Below, piece by piece: positions 1 through 9,559 of a stretch of 64,000 nucleotides of DNA. The stretch is from assembly GCA_039194325.1 (NCBI GenBank), contig JBCCWC010000011.1, positions 66,174-130,173 on the forward strand, written 5' to 3'. The stretch is from Myxococcota bacterium. Its GTDB lineage: Bacteria > Myxococcota_A > Polyangia > Nannocystales > Nannocystaceae. Position 1 is the stretch's first letter. Each line of letters opens with the position of its first letter. The notes beneath the pieces were generated by a model. The model had not been told where the DNA came from. It ran no database searches and saw nothing but the letters and a program-made list of their open reading frames with translations. The position numbers were made by a program, and so were the translations under genes.

Positions 1-1518
1 GAGCTTGAGATCGAGACAGTGTGATTCGAGAACTTCTGACCGTGTCTCGCGTGACATGCTGGGTGGTGGGTTCACGAGATGATTGCGCGCGTCGTCTAGG
101 AGCTCCTCTCCGAGGAGAATGAATCGATTGGCTGCGTGTGCGGCGAATCCATCAGGTTCTCGCCTGATGAATTTGTGCACGATGTCCACTGCGGTAGTTC
201 TCCCATGGAGAGCATTGGTGAGCATCGATCGATCATAGGGTTCCCCGTTTGTCACGGATCTTGGCCGTATCGCCCACATTGCACATAAAAGCATACGCGA
301 ATACGCCGCCGTGGTTCGAAATTTACCCACGCGTGGTACGTTGAGCGGAAAATTATCGACCGCTTTTATGAGCGCTTGGACGGATTGTGATTCATCGGCG
401 GGATCGACGTGAGTGGTGAGCGCACGCATTGCTTGCGTCCATCCGCCGAATTTTTCGGGGCCTGCCATCGAAGCACGCCAATACCACCGTCGCAGTAACT
501 CTCGATTTCTGACGGCTGGTTGTGGATGATGCGCAAAAAATCGAGTGAGAACCACCAGAAGATAGCGATATGTCAAGAATCCGACGTGGGGTACACCTGC
601 ATCCTCCTGAAGAAATGTGACGGCTCGCTCGAGAGCGGCTTCGCCGCCACGATAGGCTTCGTCTACAGATTCATCCAGGAACTCTCGATGTCGTGGGGTC
701 TCGGATCGCGGATCTCCGTCGAATTCAATGCGGATGTCGCGGGTGACATCGGGGCCTCGGCGGGCAAGGACCCCTCGGAGAACGGTGTCTTCATCCAGCT
801 CACCGAACCCTCGTACTGAATCGATGTGCTCGACAATATCTGAAAACGTATGAGGCGGTCCGTGCTTTCCGTCCCCCGCATGAAGGGCTGAGAAGACCTC
901 CGCGCGTGTGAGCCTTTTTCCATAGTTGTTCATTCTGTCGAATATGTCCCGAAGGACAGATTCGTCTTGTTGCTTGACAATATATGCTGGTATTGTGTAT
1001 TGACGAATTGCTTTTGCGACCCCGGTTGCTTCATCAAAATACTGGCTGCTCTCCGGGCGCTCGGAGAACCATCGCAAGAGTTTTTGAAGGTCGAATATGA
1101 TGGGAAGGGGCACTGAGTGAAGTCGGGCGTTGCTTTGTTTCTCGAATGCACCGTCGGCGAGGTTGTAGGATGCTGCAAATCGAGCATCTTCAGAGCCGGC
1201 CTCATTGAGGGTGCTCGAGAGGCTCGTCAGGCGTTGTTGACCATCTACGACCCAGAGTGCTTCTTGGGTTTGCGGCGCGTCGATTTTCAATGCTCCGAGA
1301 TGAAGGAGGGCCTTTTGTGCTGGGCGTTGCCACAGCAGCAAGCTTCCGATCGGATAGCCCCGGACGATGCTATCGAGCAGGCGTCGAACATCCTCCCACT
1401 GCCATCGAAATTTTCGCTGAAAATCGGGGATCCGAACACGCCCTTCGAGTACTGCCGCAACGATGTCTTCGATCGCAAATGTCGCGGCATTCGGCTTCGT
1501 GATCGATTGGTCGGGCAT
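1..1518 (-). CDS. DUF262 (GmrS/ParB-like) domain protein, truncated at the left window edge
   Basis: Absent from the ORF track, presumably because its stop lies beyond the window edge. Manual translation of sampled segments from the ATG at 1518 gives MPDQSITKPNAATFAIEDIVAAVLEGRVRIPDFQRKFRW...LLDSIVRGYPIGSLLLW...WVVDGQQRLTSL...IFDRMNNYGKRL, the hallmark FQR, DGQQR and FxRxN motifs of DUF262. The same frame is still open at position 1. Confidence 0.9.
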   Translation of the reverse strand, partial: MPDQSITKPNAATFAIEDIVAAVLEGRVRIPDFQRKFRWQWEDVRRLLDSIVRGYPIGSLLLWQRPAQKALLHLGALKIDAPQTQEALWVVDGQQRLTSLSSTLNEAGSEDARFAASYNLADGAFEKQSNARLHSVPLPIIFDLQKLLRWFSERPESSQYFDEATGVAKAIRQYTIPAYIVKQQDESVLRDIFDRMNNYGKRLTRAEVFSALHAGDGKHGPPHTFSDIVEHIDSVRGFGELDEDTVLRGVLARRGPDVTRDIRIEFDGDPRSETPRHREFLDESVDEAYRGGEAALERAVTFLQEDAGVPHVGFLTYRYLLVVLTRFFAHHPQPAVRNRELLRRWYWRASMAGPEKFGGWTQAMRALTTHVDPADESQSVQALIKAVDNFPLNVPRVGKFRTTAAYSRMLLCAMWAIRPRSVTNGEPYDRSMLTNALHGRTTAVDIVHKFIRREPDGFAAHAANRFILLGEELLDDARNHLVNPPPSMSRETRSEVLESHCLDLKL

Positions 1519-2025
1519 TCAGGCTAGATTATCTCATCTTCTTGGGGACGTCACCGTATGAGCTCTAGAGGGTGGTGGGGTTCGTGGCGGCTCGAGTGGT
1601 CGATATGGACCAGCGAAGGGTAATCGGGCACGTCGTTGGGCGATGAGTCGGCTGTTTATGAATTCAATATGAGCTGTATCCAAGCCTGTAGGTTTGGATG
1701 CATGCGCTGGGGAACCTTGGATTGCCCTGGTGTTGCCAGAGGAAGAGCAAGTGGGGGATTTTGTGCCAATGGAGCGAGTGTATGTTTGCCTTCGTGATCA
1801 GTTTTGCTTCGAATCTAGAGGTCAGGCGCTGGGGGGTGAGGTCTTGCTCGGAGTCTCTCGTTGTCGTGTGGTGTGGTGAAACACAAACGGAGCTCAAGAA
1901 AAGAAATTGATCTTCCCGAAATAATATGGTGCGCGTGTGGAACGGGTCATCGAAACAGATAGGACTCACTCGAGGGCCATTGCCAGCATGAGCCCGTCTA
2001 CGTCGAGCTTCGAGCCCCTAGTCGC

Positions 2026-2984
2026 CTACTTCCACGCGTCCCAGGCGAGGTTGAGTCCTACCATGAACGTGACCAGCATGCGCTTGTCGGGTTCGCCGTC
2101 GGGGTTCGAGCGAACCGAGCGTGGCCCGAACATCGGGCCGCCCCACAGCTCCGCGGATAGCCCGCGCGGCAGGGGCTGTCGGAAGCCGGCGGTGATCATG
2201 CCCGCGTGGTTGCCCCACGCGTCGTGGGCCACCTCGCCGTCGAAGAAGGGGGGCTCGAAGCGGTTGTCGCCGAAGGCCGAGACCAGAAGGTACTCGCCCC
2301 GAGCGAACGCGCGGCGGCCATAGGCGCCCAAGCCGATCCCGCCGCCGGCCAATCCATCGTAGATCCGGTCGTTGGTGGAGACATTCGAGACGGCGACGCC
2401 GCGGACGTGGAGGTAGAGCGGCCGATAGAGGCGGGCGCGCAGCTCGACCTGCGCCCCCACGCCGAAGAACGAGCCCTTGGTCTGACACTCGGCCCTCTCG
2501 GAGTCGCACTGCTCGTTGCCCATCGCGTGGGGGCCGATGAGGGGGCCCAATGCGAGGACCAGGCGCGGGTAGTGGCGGGCGGGAGAGGTTGGGTTCTCCG
2601 TGGTGGGCTCGGCGGAGCTCGGTGTCGCTTCGGGCGCGGCGGTCGTGGACTCGCCCGAGCCCGAGCCCGTGCCCGTGCCCGTGGGAGCTGCGCTCGTCGC
2701 CGCGGTGGCGGTTGGCGTGACGACCGGGGCGGCGGCGGTGGTGTCGGCCGGGGCAGCAACAGACGTTGCGGTCTCCGCCCTTGGCGCGGCGTTGGCCTCC
2801 GATGTCGTCGCGGCCGGGGGCTCGGTCGTCGCGGTCGTCGCGGTCGTCGTGGAGCTCGTCGATTCCGCGGCGGCTTCGGGCCGCTGGATCGGAGCCTCGG
2901 CCGGCTCGGCCTGCGCGATGGGGGCCGACGCGAGCCCAAGCAGCGCGATCATTCCCGTGGTGACGGATCGCTCCATCCCCTTCA
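2026..2984 (-). CDS. Secreted/outer-membrane hypothetical protein with an Ala/Thr-rich linker and C-terminal beta-strand domain
   Basis: Signal-peptide-like N-terminus (IALLGLASAPIAQA), low-complexity T/A linker, and alternating Gly/aromatic strands ending LNLAWDAWK. Start is uncertain (2984 or 2975). Confidence 0.7.
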
Positions 2985-3052
2985 TGGTGCCCGGATGATG
3001 GTCGGAGGCCAAGCCAGACCTTCAACGCGCGACCTTGCCGGGACTTACACCG

Positions 3053-3139
3053 CACCTCGCGGATCCACCTCGCGGATCCACCTCGCGGATCCACCTCGCG
3101 GATCCACCTCGCGGATCCACCTCGCGGATCCACCTCGCG
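3053..3139. repeat. 13-bp tandem repeat (CACCTCGCGGATC) x6 plus a 9-nt partial copy
   Basis: Read directly: identical units start at 3053, 3066, 3079, 3092, 3105 and 3118, with a partial at 3131. Lies between divergent genes. Confidence 0.95.
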
Positions 3140-3180
3140 CTACGATGGCCCGGCGCCTCGGGGGCGCCGTCCTCGCCATC

Positions 3181-3912
3181 ATGCCCACCGACACTCACCA
3201 CGACTCCTCGCCGGACTCCTCGCCCGACGTGTTGCCCATGCTCTGGGCCCACCGGATCACCGCGATCCTGCGGACCACCGACGAGGCCCTCGCCCGCGAC
3301 GCCATGGAGGCCGCGGTGCGCGGAGGCATGCGACTGGTCGAGTTCACGCTGACCACTCCCGGGGCCCTGTCGCTCATCGCCGAGTTTTCCGCACGCTCGG
3401 GGTTGGCCACGTCGGGGGGACTCGACCGGCTGATCGTAGGGGCGGGCACGGTGCTGCGCCCCGACCAGGCCCGGGCGGCGGTGGAGGCCGGGGCTCGGTT
3501 CCTCGTGTCGCCGGTGATGGATCCCGAGATCATCGCCCTGGCTCGCACGCTAGGGGTGCCGATCTTGCCGGGCGTGCACACCCCCACCGAGATGCTGGCC
3601 GCCCATCGAGCCGGAGCCCCGCTGCTCAAGCTGTTCCCGGGACCCGCCGGAGGCCCCGCCTACCTGCGCTCGACGCTCGCGCCGCTGCCCTTCTTGCGGG
3701 TGGTGCCGACCAATGGCGTGGATCTCGACAACGTCGCCGCCTGGCTGCGCGCCGGCGCGTGGGCGGTGGGCACGACGACCGCGCTGTTCATGCCGGGCGC
3801 CATGGCGGCGCGGGATCTCGATGCGGTACAGCGCCGCGCCGCGGCTCTGCGACGCGCGGTGGAATCGGTCGAGCGCGGTGCTATGCCCTCGCGAAGCGAT
3901 CCCTTCGGCTGA
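3181..3912 (+). CDS. eda: KDPG/KHG aldolase family protein
   Basis: Motifs AILR, VEFTLTTP, IVGAGTVL, GARFLVSP, PGVHTPTE, LLKLFPG (Schiff-base Lys) and PTNGV in the C-terminal part of ORF 2206..3912. ATG at 3181. Confidence 0.88.
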   Translation: MPTDTHHDSSPDSSPDVLPMLWAHRITAILRTTDEALARDAMEAAVRGGMRLVEFTLTTPGALSLIAEFSARSGLATSGGLDRLIVGAGTVLRPDQARAAVEAGARFLVSPVMDPEIIALARTLGVPILPGVHTPTEMLAAHRAGAPLLKLFPGPAGGPAYLRSTLAPLPFLRVVPTNGVDLDNVAAWLRAGAWAVGTTTALFMPGAMAARDLDAVQRRAAALRRAVESVERGAMPSRSDPFG

Positions 3913-3934
3913 GCTCGGGCGCCTTTCCCTCCCT

Positions 3935-4918
3935 TCAGCCTACCCACTCGGGGTCGATCGAGTGGGGCAGAGGCTCTCCGGCCAGCCCGGCCAGAAGGTT
4001 GTCCGCGGCCAGCTCGGCCATGCGTCGCCGCGTGCCTCGAGTGGCCGAGCCGATGTGCGGGACCACCAATAGGTTGGGGCACGCATAAAGCGGATGATCG
4101 GCCGGCAACGGCTCGGGCTCGGTCACGTCGAGCGCAGCGCCGGCGAGCCGGCCCGCATGCAGGGCATCGGCCAGCGCGTTGGGATCCACCACCGCCCCGC
4201 GCGCGGTGTTGATCAGGATCGCGGTGGGCTTCATCCGGCGCAGCGCTGCATCGTTGATGAGGTGGTGGGTCGACGGCGACAGCGGGACGTGCAGCGACAC
4301 GAAATCGCTGGTATCGAGCAGCTCGCCCAGCGACACCGGCCGGGCGCCCAGCATCGCCTCGACCTCGGGCCGCGGGGTTCGGCTGGCGTAGACGATCTCC
4401 AGCCCGAAGCCGCGGGCGCGTCGCGCCACGGCCTCGCCGATCCACCCCAGGCCCACGATCCCCAGCCTCGCGCCGTGAAGATCGGCCCCCAGCCAGCCGG
4501 TGGGCGACCAGGTCGACCACCGCCCCGCGCGGGCATCGGCGGCGGCCTGGGGCAAGCGCCGGGCTGCCGCCAGTAGCAGGGCCAGGGTCAGATCGGCGGT
4601 GGCCTCGGTGAGCACTCCCGGGGTGTTGCCCACCGCGATCCCCCGCGCGGCGCAGGCGGCGACGTCGATGTTGTCGACGCCGACCGCCATGTTGCTCACC
4701 ACTCGCAGGGCGGGGGCTCGGTCGAGCAGCGCCGCGTCGATCCGCTCGGTGAGCAGGCAGAGGATCCCCTCAGCCCGGGGCAGAGCCGAAAGCAGCGTCG
4801 GATCGAACCCCGGGGTGTCGGCGTCGCCCACCCGCATCGTGCAGCGACCCTCGAGGCGGTCGAGCCAGCCCTCGGGCAGCGCCCGGGAGATCAGCACCAG
4901 CGGGAGCGAGTCGTTCAT
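3935..4918 (-). CDS. D-isomer-specific 2-hydroxyacid dehydrogenase (glyoxylate/hydroxypyruvate reductase type)
   Basis: AVGVDNID, NTPGVLTEATAD, GIVGLGWIG, LINTARG, LDVTEPEP and PHIGSA motifs. Start trimmed to MNDSLP at 4918. Confidence 0.92.
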   Translation of the reverse strand: MNDSLPLVLISRALPEGWLDRLEGRCTMRVGDADTPGFDPTLLSALPRAEGILCLLTERIDAALLDRAPALRVVSNMAVGVDNIDVAACAARGIAVGNTPGVLTEATADLTLALLLAAARRLPQAAADARAGRWSTWSPTGWLGADLHGARLGIVGLGWIGEAVARRARGFGLEIVYASRTPRPEVEAMLGARPVSLGELLDTSDFVSLHVPLSPSTHHLINDAALRRMKPTAILINTARGAVVDPNALADALHAGRLAGAALDVTEPEPLPADHPLYACPNLLVVPHIGSATRGTRRRMAELAADNLLAGLAGEPLPHSIDPEWVG

Positions 4919-4944
4919 GGGCACGCCAGCCACCCTACGCGGGC

Positions 4945-5352
4945 TCACGACCCGGCCGGTCCGAACGCCGCGCGACCCAGGGCCATGCCCGCGGCCGCGC
5001 ACACGATCCCCAGCACCAGGTGCAGCCCGATCTGCCCGAGCATCACCCCCAGCCGCTGGTCGCGGAGCAGCTCGTAGGAGAACAGGGCAAAGGCGCTATA
5101 GGTGGTGAACCCGCCCAGCAGCCCGCCGAGCACCGCGGTGCGGGCCGTACCCGGGGGGATCGCCGCCGCGGCCACCCCGATCGCGAAGCACCCGGCCATG
5201 TTGACCACCAAGGTCCCCACGTGGGGCAGCCTCGCGGACCACCGGGCATCGATGAGCCCGGCGAGCACTACCCGCAAGGTCGCGCCGACGCCCCCGGCCA
5301 AGAACACCCACACGAGGGGAAGCGCTTCGCGCGAGCCCATGCGCTCGGGCAT
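4945..5352 (-). CDS. crcB: Fluoride channel CrcB/FluC
   Basis: GGVGATLR, GTLVVNMAGCFAIG and GGLLGGFTTYSAF motifs with four hydrophobic segments. Confidence 0.92.
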   Translation of the reverse strand: MPERMGSREALPLVWVFLAGGVGATLRVVLAGLIDARWSARLPHVGTLVVNMAGCFAIGVAAAAIPPGTARTAVLGGLLGGFTTYSAFALFSYELLRDQRLGVMLGQIGLHLVLGIVCAAAGMALGRAAFGPAGS

Positions 5353-5414
5353 AGCCCAGCCTCGCCGGCGGGGGCAAGCGGAGGCAACAAGGGGCACGAA
5401 GGGCTGGTGGCGGT

Positions 5415-6002
5415 ATGGTGGCGGTGATGCCGAGCCGGGTCGGACGGTGGGGGTTTTGGGGAGTGTGGGGGGCCTTGCTCGCCTGCCCGTCCGCCCGCCC
5501 TGGGTCGAGTGCGACCCAGGCGTCGACCGGCTCGGATCCGCCGACCACCAGGTCGACCACCGGCTCCATGTCGGACCCTACGTCGGCCACGGCGGGACTC
5601 GATTCGAGCACCCGGGGTCCGAGCACCTCGAGCAGCATGGGTGAGACGACCGGCTCGACCAGCTCGATCGGGGTCTCCATCTCGACGACCGAGGGCACCG
5701 GGAGCTCGACCTCGACGGCCGGGGATCCCGGCCCCACCGCGGCCTGTGTGGATGGATGTAGCGTCGAGTTCGCCTGCACCGACGACTGGCGCTCCGAGTC
5801 GGCGTGCGTGGACGCGTGCGAGGCCAACCTCGTCAAGGCGGCCGAGTTCGAGCGAGCCTGCGCCGCGGCCTGGGAGGATCTACACGCCTGCCTCGGCACC
5901 CTGACCTGCCAGCAGCTGGCCCAGTGGATGCGACCGATGCGCTTCCCCTATCCGTGTCTGTCCGAGGACGAGGTGTTGATGTTCGAGTGCGCCGGCCAAT
6001 AG
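5415..6002 (+). CDS. Hypothetical lipoprotein with a Ser/Thr linker and Cys-rich C-terminal domain
   Basis: LLAC lipobox-like motif, S/T-rich linker, then CxxxC-type pattern (ACVDGC...CVDAC...CLGTLTC...PC). Confidence 0.7.
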   Translation: MVAVMPSRVGRWGFWGVWGALLACPSARPGSSATQASTGSDPPTTRSTTGSMSDPTSATAGLDSSTRGPSTSSSMGETTGSTSSIGVSISTTEGTGSSTSTAGDPGPTAACVDGCSVEFACTDDWRSESACVDACEANLVKAAEFERACAAAWEDLHACLGTLTCQQLAQWMRPMRFPYPCLSEDEVLMFECAGQ

Positions 6003-6081
6003 CGCGGACCAGTCGTATGAACCGGCCGCGTGAACCGGTCGAGGACCATGCCGCGAATCAGTCGCGCAAGGGCCCGCGGCT

Positions 6082-7038
6082 TCACCCGGCGGGCGGGGCG
6101 GCCGTGGTCGAGCCGGCGCCGTAGAACACGAGGTCGGCGGGCGCGTCGGGGATCGGAATGAGTGTGGTGGAGACGTTGGCGCCGTCAAACTCGATCTCGA
6201 ACAGCTCTCCGTAGCGGGCGAACCCGTAGGCCGACCCGGCCCAGAAGGCCAGCCCGTAGACCTCGTCGTAGGGCAGGGGGCCGTAGTTGTGCAGCACGGT
6301 ACCGTCGGCGGGATCGATCTCGATGATGCAGTCGGTCGTGTTGCAGCCGGGCCCGCGGACGGTCAGCCAGCTGCCGCCGCCGATCACCGAGACCAGATCT
6401 CCGCTCGATTGCAGGCCGTCGCTGAGCGTGCCCAGCGAGGTGATCTCTCCGTTGTCGGGGTCGATCCGGATGTACTCCTCGTCTACGAAGCCCACCAGCG
6501 CCTCCCGCACTGGATCCACGGTGCCCACGGGGACGAACGACAGCGAGGTGGGATAGCTACCCGTTGCGATTATCGTGCATTCGGCCGTCGTACGATCGAT
6601 CGCCCACAGCGAGCCGAAGGCGGTGCCGTACATCCGCGAGTCGGCATCCAGCGCGATGTCGATGATCGACGCGGTGCACCCCACGAAGGGACCGACGAGC
6701 ACAACCTCCTTGGTGTCCGGATCCATGCGGTACAGATCGCCGCCGCTGTGCCCGAAGACCTCTGCCTCGCCGAAGACCGGCCCGTCCGTGTCCGATCCCA
6801 CGTCGAGCTTGATCCCCATGTCGTCCCCGTCGTCGCTCGTCGAGCTGCCGGCGGGCGCTGTCGTCGCGGGATCCGAGTCCGGGTCCGAGTCGGAGTTCGA
6901 TCCGGTCGAGCTCTCCATCATCGCTGGGGGATCTCCGGAGGCCGTAGGGTCGCCGAAGGTCTGGGCTGAGGTCTGTTCATCGGACGGCACCGTACAGGCG
7001 ACGCCCGCGATCAACGCGGTTGCGATCCACGATCTCAT
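6082..7038 (-). CDS. Hypothetical lipoprotein, probable beta-propeller-like C-terminal domain
   Basis: GVAC lipobox, acidic linker ending GIKLDVG, and repeated DIALD / YRMDP / IEIDP strands. Confidence 0.75.
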   Translation of the reverse strand: MRSWIATALIAGVACTVPSDEQTSAQTFGDPTASGDPPAMMESSTGSNSDSDPDSDPATTAPAGSSTSDDGDDMGIKLDVGSDTDGPVFGEAEVFGHSGGDLYRMDPDTKEVVLVGPFVGCTASIIDIALDADSRMYGTAFGSLWAIDRTTAECTIIATGSYPTSLSFVPVGTVDPVREALVGFVDEEYIRIDPDNGEITSLGTLSDGLQSSGDLVSVIGGGSWLTVRGPGCNTTDCIIEIDPADGTVLHNYGPLPYDEVYGLAFWAGSAYGFARYGELFEIEFDGANVSTTLIPIPDAPADLVFYGAGSTTAAPPAG

Positions 7039-7412
7039 CGTCGTTGGGGCGAGCCGGGTGAAACTCGCACGCCGATGGTCTCATCGGTCGCGGTGGCTGT
7101 CAGCCTCGGGGAATACGCTACACGGCCCCCCGATCACCGCCTTGTTTGCTCGGAGCACGGCGTTCGTGGCTCTTTGACCGTATGTCGTCGTGGGCAAACC
7201 GACACCGGGTCTGTCGAAGAGATCGCCGGTCAACATCACAGCGCCGCATCGTCGAGTTGACGGCACGTCGTCGTCACGTGTTCGTGGAGCCAATGCCCGC
7301 GAGCCGCTCGGTGCGGCGGTGATCTCGCGGCGCTGTCCTCCTCGCGCCCATACGACGACGGCCGACCCCATGGGGGTCGGCCGGTCCGGATCACGGGTGG
7401 TGGGCACGGGGC

Positions 7413-7456
7413 CCGCGGGTCGCCTACGCCTCCGCGGGTCGCCTACGCCTCCGCGG
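7413..7456. repeat. 19-bp direct repeat (CCGCGGGTCGCCTACGCCT) x2 plus partial, downstream of the acyl-CoA synthetase stop
   Basis: Read directly from the sequence. Confidence 0.7.
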
Positions 7457-7484
7457 TTACCTATTCCCCCGCCTAAGCCCCCGC

Positions 7485-9248
7485 CTACGCATAGAACGCT
7501 TCGATCGCGTCCGCGTACTTCGTGTTCACGATCTTGCGCTTGACCTTCATGGTGGGCGTGAGCTCGCCGCCCTCGATGCTGAGATCGGCCGGGAGGATCT
7601 TGATCTTCTTGATCGTCTGCACCCGGGCCAGATCCTTGTTGACCTCGTTGACCTGGTGCATCAGCCACTGGTGGACCTTCTCGTCGTCGGCGGCGTCGGC
7701 CATCGTCTTGGCCGAGCTGCCCGACTCGCGCAGCGCCTCGCCAAGCTTGGTCTCGTCGATCGTCAGCAGGGCCGACAGGTGCTTGCGGCGATCCCCCACG
7801 ACCACCGCCTGGCTGACCACGGAGATCCCCTTGAGCTTGCCCTCGATCACCTGGGGCGCGATGTTCTCGCCCCCCGCGGTGATGATGAGATCCTTCTTGC
7901 GATCGGTGATCTTGAGAAAGCCCCCCTCGACCTTGCCGATGTCGCCCGAGTGTAGCCAGCCGTCCTCGTCGATCGCCTCAGAGGTGGCGGCTTCGTTCTT
8001 GAAGTAGCCCTTGAACACGTGGCGGCCTCGCATGCAGATCTCGCCGTCTTCGGCGATCTTCAGCTCGGTGCCGGTCAGCTTTTGGCCCACCCAGCCGGTG
8101 CGGTACCGGTCGGGCATCGAGGTCGACGCGGGCCCGGTGCACTCGGACATCCCGTAGACCTCCATGATGGGGATCCCCAGGCTGAGGAAGAACTCAAGGG
8201 TCGACTTGGAGATCGGCGCGGCCGAGGTGATGCAGATCCGCGCCTGGTCCAGCCCCAGTGCATCGCGGACCTTGGCGAACACCAGCTTGTTGGCCAGCCC
8301 CCAAAACAGCGGGAGGGGCTTGTCGTCTTGCATGGCGTAGCCGCCCTTGAGGCCCACGTCCCGGGCCCAGGCGGCGATCTTCTTCTTGAGCCCGCTATTG
8401 TTGGCCGCGGTCGCCTGCATCTTGGCCTGGATCTTCTCCCACACGCGGGGCACGGCGAGGAACACCGTGGGTCGGACCTCCTTGAGGTTGTCGCCGAGCG
8501 CCTCGATGCTCTCGGCAAAGAAGGTGCATGCCCCGCACACGACCGGCCCGTGGAGCGACACGATCTGCTCGGCGATGTGCGACAGGGGCAGGTAGCTGAT
8601 CATGCGATCGCCGTCCTGCATGCCCAGCTCGTCGAGCGCGGCCTTGGCGGTCCAGGTGATGTTGTCGTGCGAGATCATCACCGCCTTGGGATCGCCGGTG
8701 GTGCCCGAGGTGTAGATGTACGTGCATACGTCATCGTGCTTCTGGGCGTCGATGACCGCTTGAAGATCCTCGTCGGACATGTCCTGGCCCAGCGCCATGA
8801 AGTCTTTCCACGAGTGGACCTTGGGATCGTCGTGGTCGCCCTGCATCATGACGATGGCCAATAGCTCGGGGAGCTGGTCGCGGATCTCCAAGAACTTGGC
8901 CAGCTGGGCCTCGTTCTCGACCACCGCGACCTGGACCTCGGCGTGCTCGGCGATGTAGCGGCACTGGTCGGGGGAGTTGGTGGTGTAGATCCCCGCCGGT
9001 CGCCCGCCCGCGTAGATCGCCGCGATGTCGGCGATCGACCACTCTGGACAGTTGAAGCCGATGATCGACACGCCCTTGCCGGGTTTCAGGCCCAGGGTGA
9101 CCAGGCTCTTGGCCGCCGCGCGGACCTGGTCGCGATACTCGGCCCATGTGGTGGTGACCCATTGGCCGTTGCGCTTGACCTTGAGGGCGGGACGGTCAGC
9201 GTGCTGCTTGGCGGCCTGCTCGAAGGCCTCCATCACGGTGGATTTCAT
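7485..9248 (-). CDS. fadD: Long-chain fatty acid-CoA ligase (AMP-dependent synthetase)
   Basis: YTSGTTGDPK, SYLPLSHIAE, YGMSEC, GWLHSGDIG, DRKKDLIITAGGENIAP and ELTPTMKVKR motifs. Confidence 0.93.
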   Translation of the reverse strand: MKSTVMEAFEQAAKQHADRPALKVKRNGQWVTTTWAEYRDQVRAAAKSLVTLGLKPGKGVSIIGFNCPEWSIADIAAIYAGGRPAGIYTTNSPDQCRYIAEHAEVQVAVVENEAQLAKFLEIRDQLPELLAIVMMQGDHDDPKVHSWKDFMALGQDMSDEDLQAVIDAQKHDDVCTYIYTSGTTGDPKAVMISHDNITWTAKAALDELGMQDGDRMISYLPLSHIAEQIVSLHGPVVCGACTFFAESIEALGDNLKEVRPTVFLAVPRVWEKIQAKMQATAANNSGLKKKIAAWARDVGLKGGYAMQDDKPLPLFWGLANKLVFAKVRDALGLDQARICITSAAPISKSTLEFFLSLGIPIMEVYGMSECTGPASTSMPDRYRTGWVGQKLTGTELKIAEDGEICMRGRHVFKGYFKNEAATSEAIDEDGWLHSGDIGKVEGGFLKITDRKKDLIITAGGENIAPQVIEGKLKGISVVSQAVVVGDRRKHLSALLTIDETKLGEALRESGSSAKTMADAADDEKVHQWLMHQVNEVNKDLARVQTIKKIKILPADLSIEGGELTPTMKVKRKIVNTKYADAIEAFYA

Positions 9249-9559
9249 CGTGGTTCTCCTCCATCGCCGTCGGCTCGTGTCGTCGGGGCCCGGCCGCGCG
9301 ATGGGTGCGGCGGAAGAGGGGACTGGGCCTCCGAGGTGGCAGACTGTAGCAGGGGTGGGTTACCGGTCGATAAACGCTTGAAAACAATGAGCTTGGGGGC
9401 GGAGGCTGACCGTTCGGTCATCAAAACCCGCCGGGCCTCGTCGTCCGTCGGGCGCTGGCGCAGTCGTGCGCCCGACCTCCGGGATGACCCCACGGATAGT
9501 CGGTGCCCGTGGGCGACCGTGGTGGGCCGCGGTGCGGCCCGGAGCCGTCTGGCGCGCCG

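Noticed and set aside
1664..1969. Small ORFs upstream of the DUF262 gene
   Set aside because: No recognisable motifs or codon bias. This is probably non-coding promoter DNA.
3053..3139. Possible CRISPR array
   Set aside because: The units are contiguous 13-mers with no spacers, and there are no cas genes in the window.
2206..3180. Long N-terminal extension of the eda ORF (568 aa)
   Set aside because: It is an antisense shadow of the minus-strand gene plus the tandem repeat. Aldolase similarity starts after 3181.
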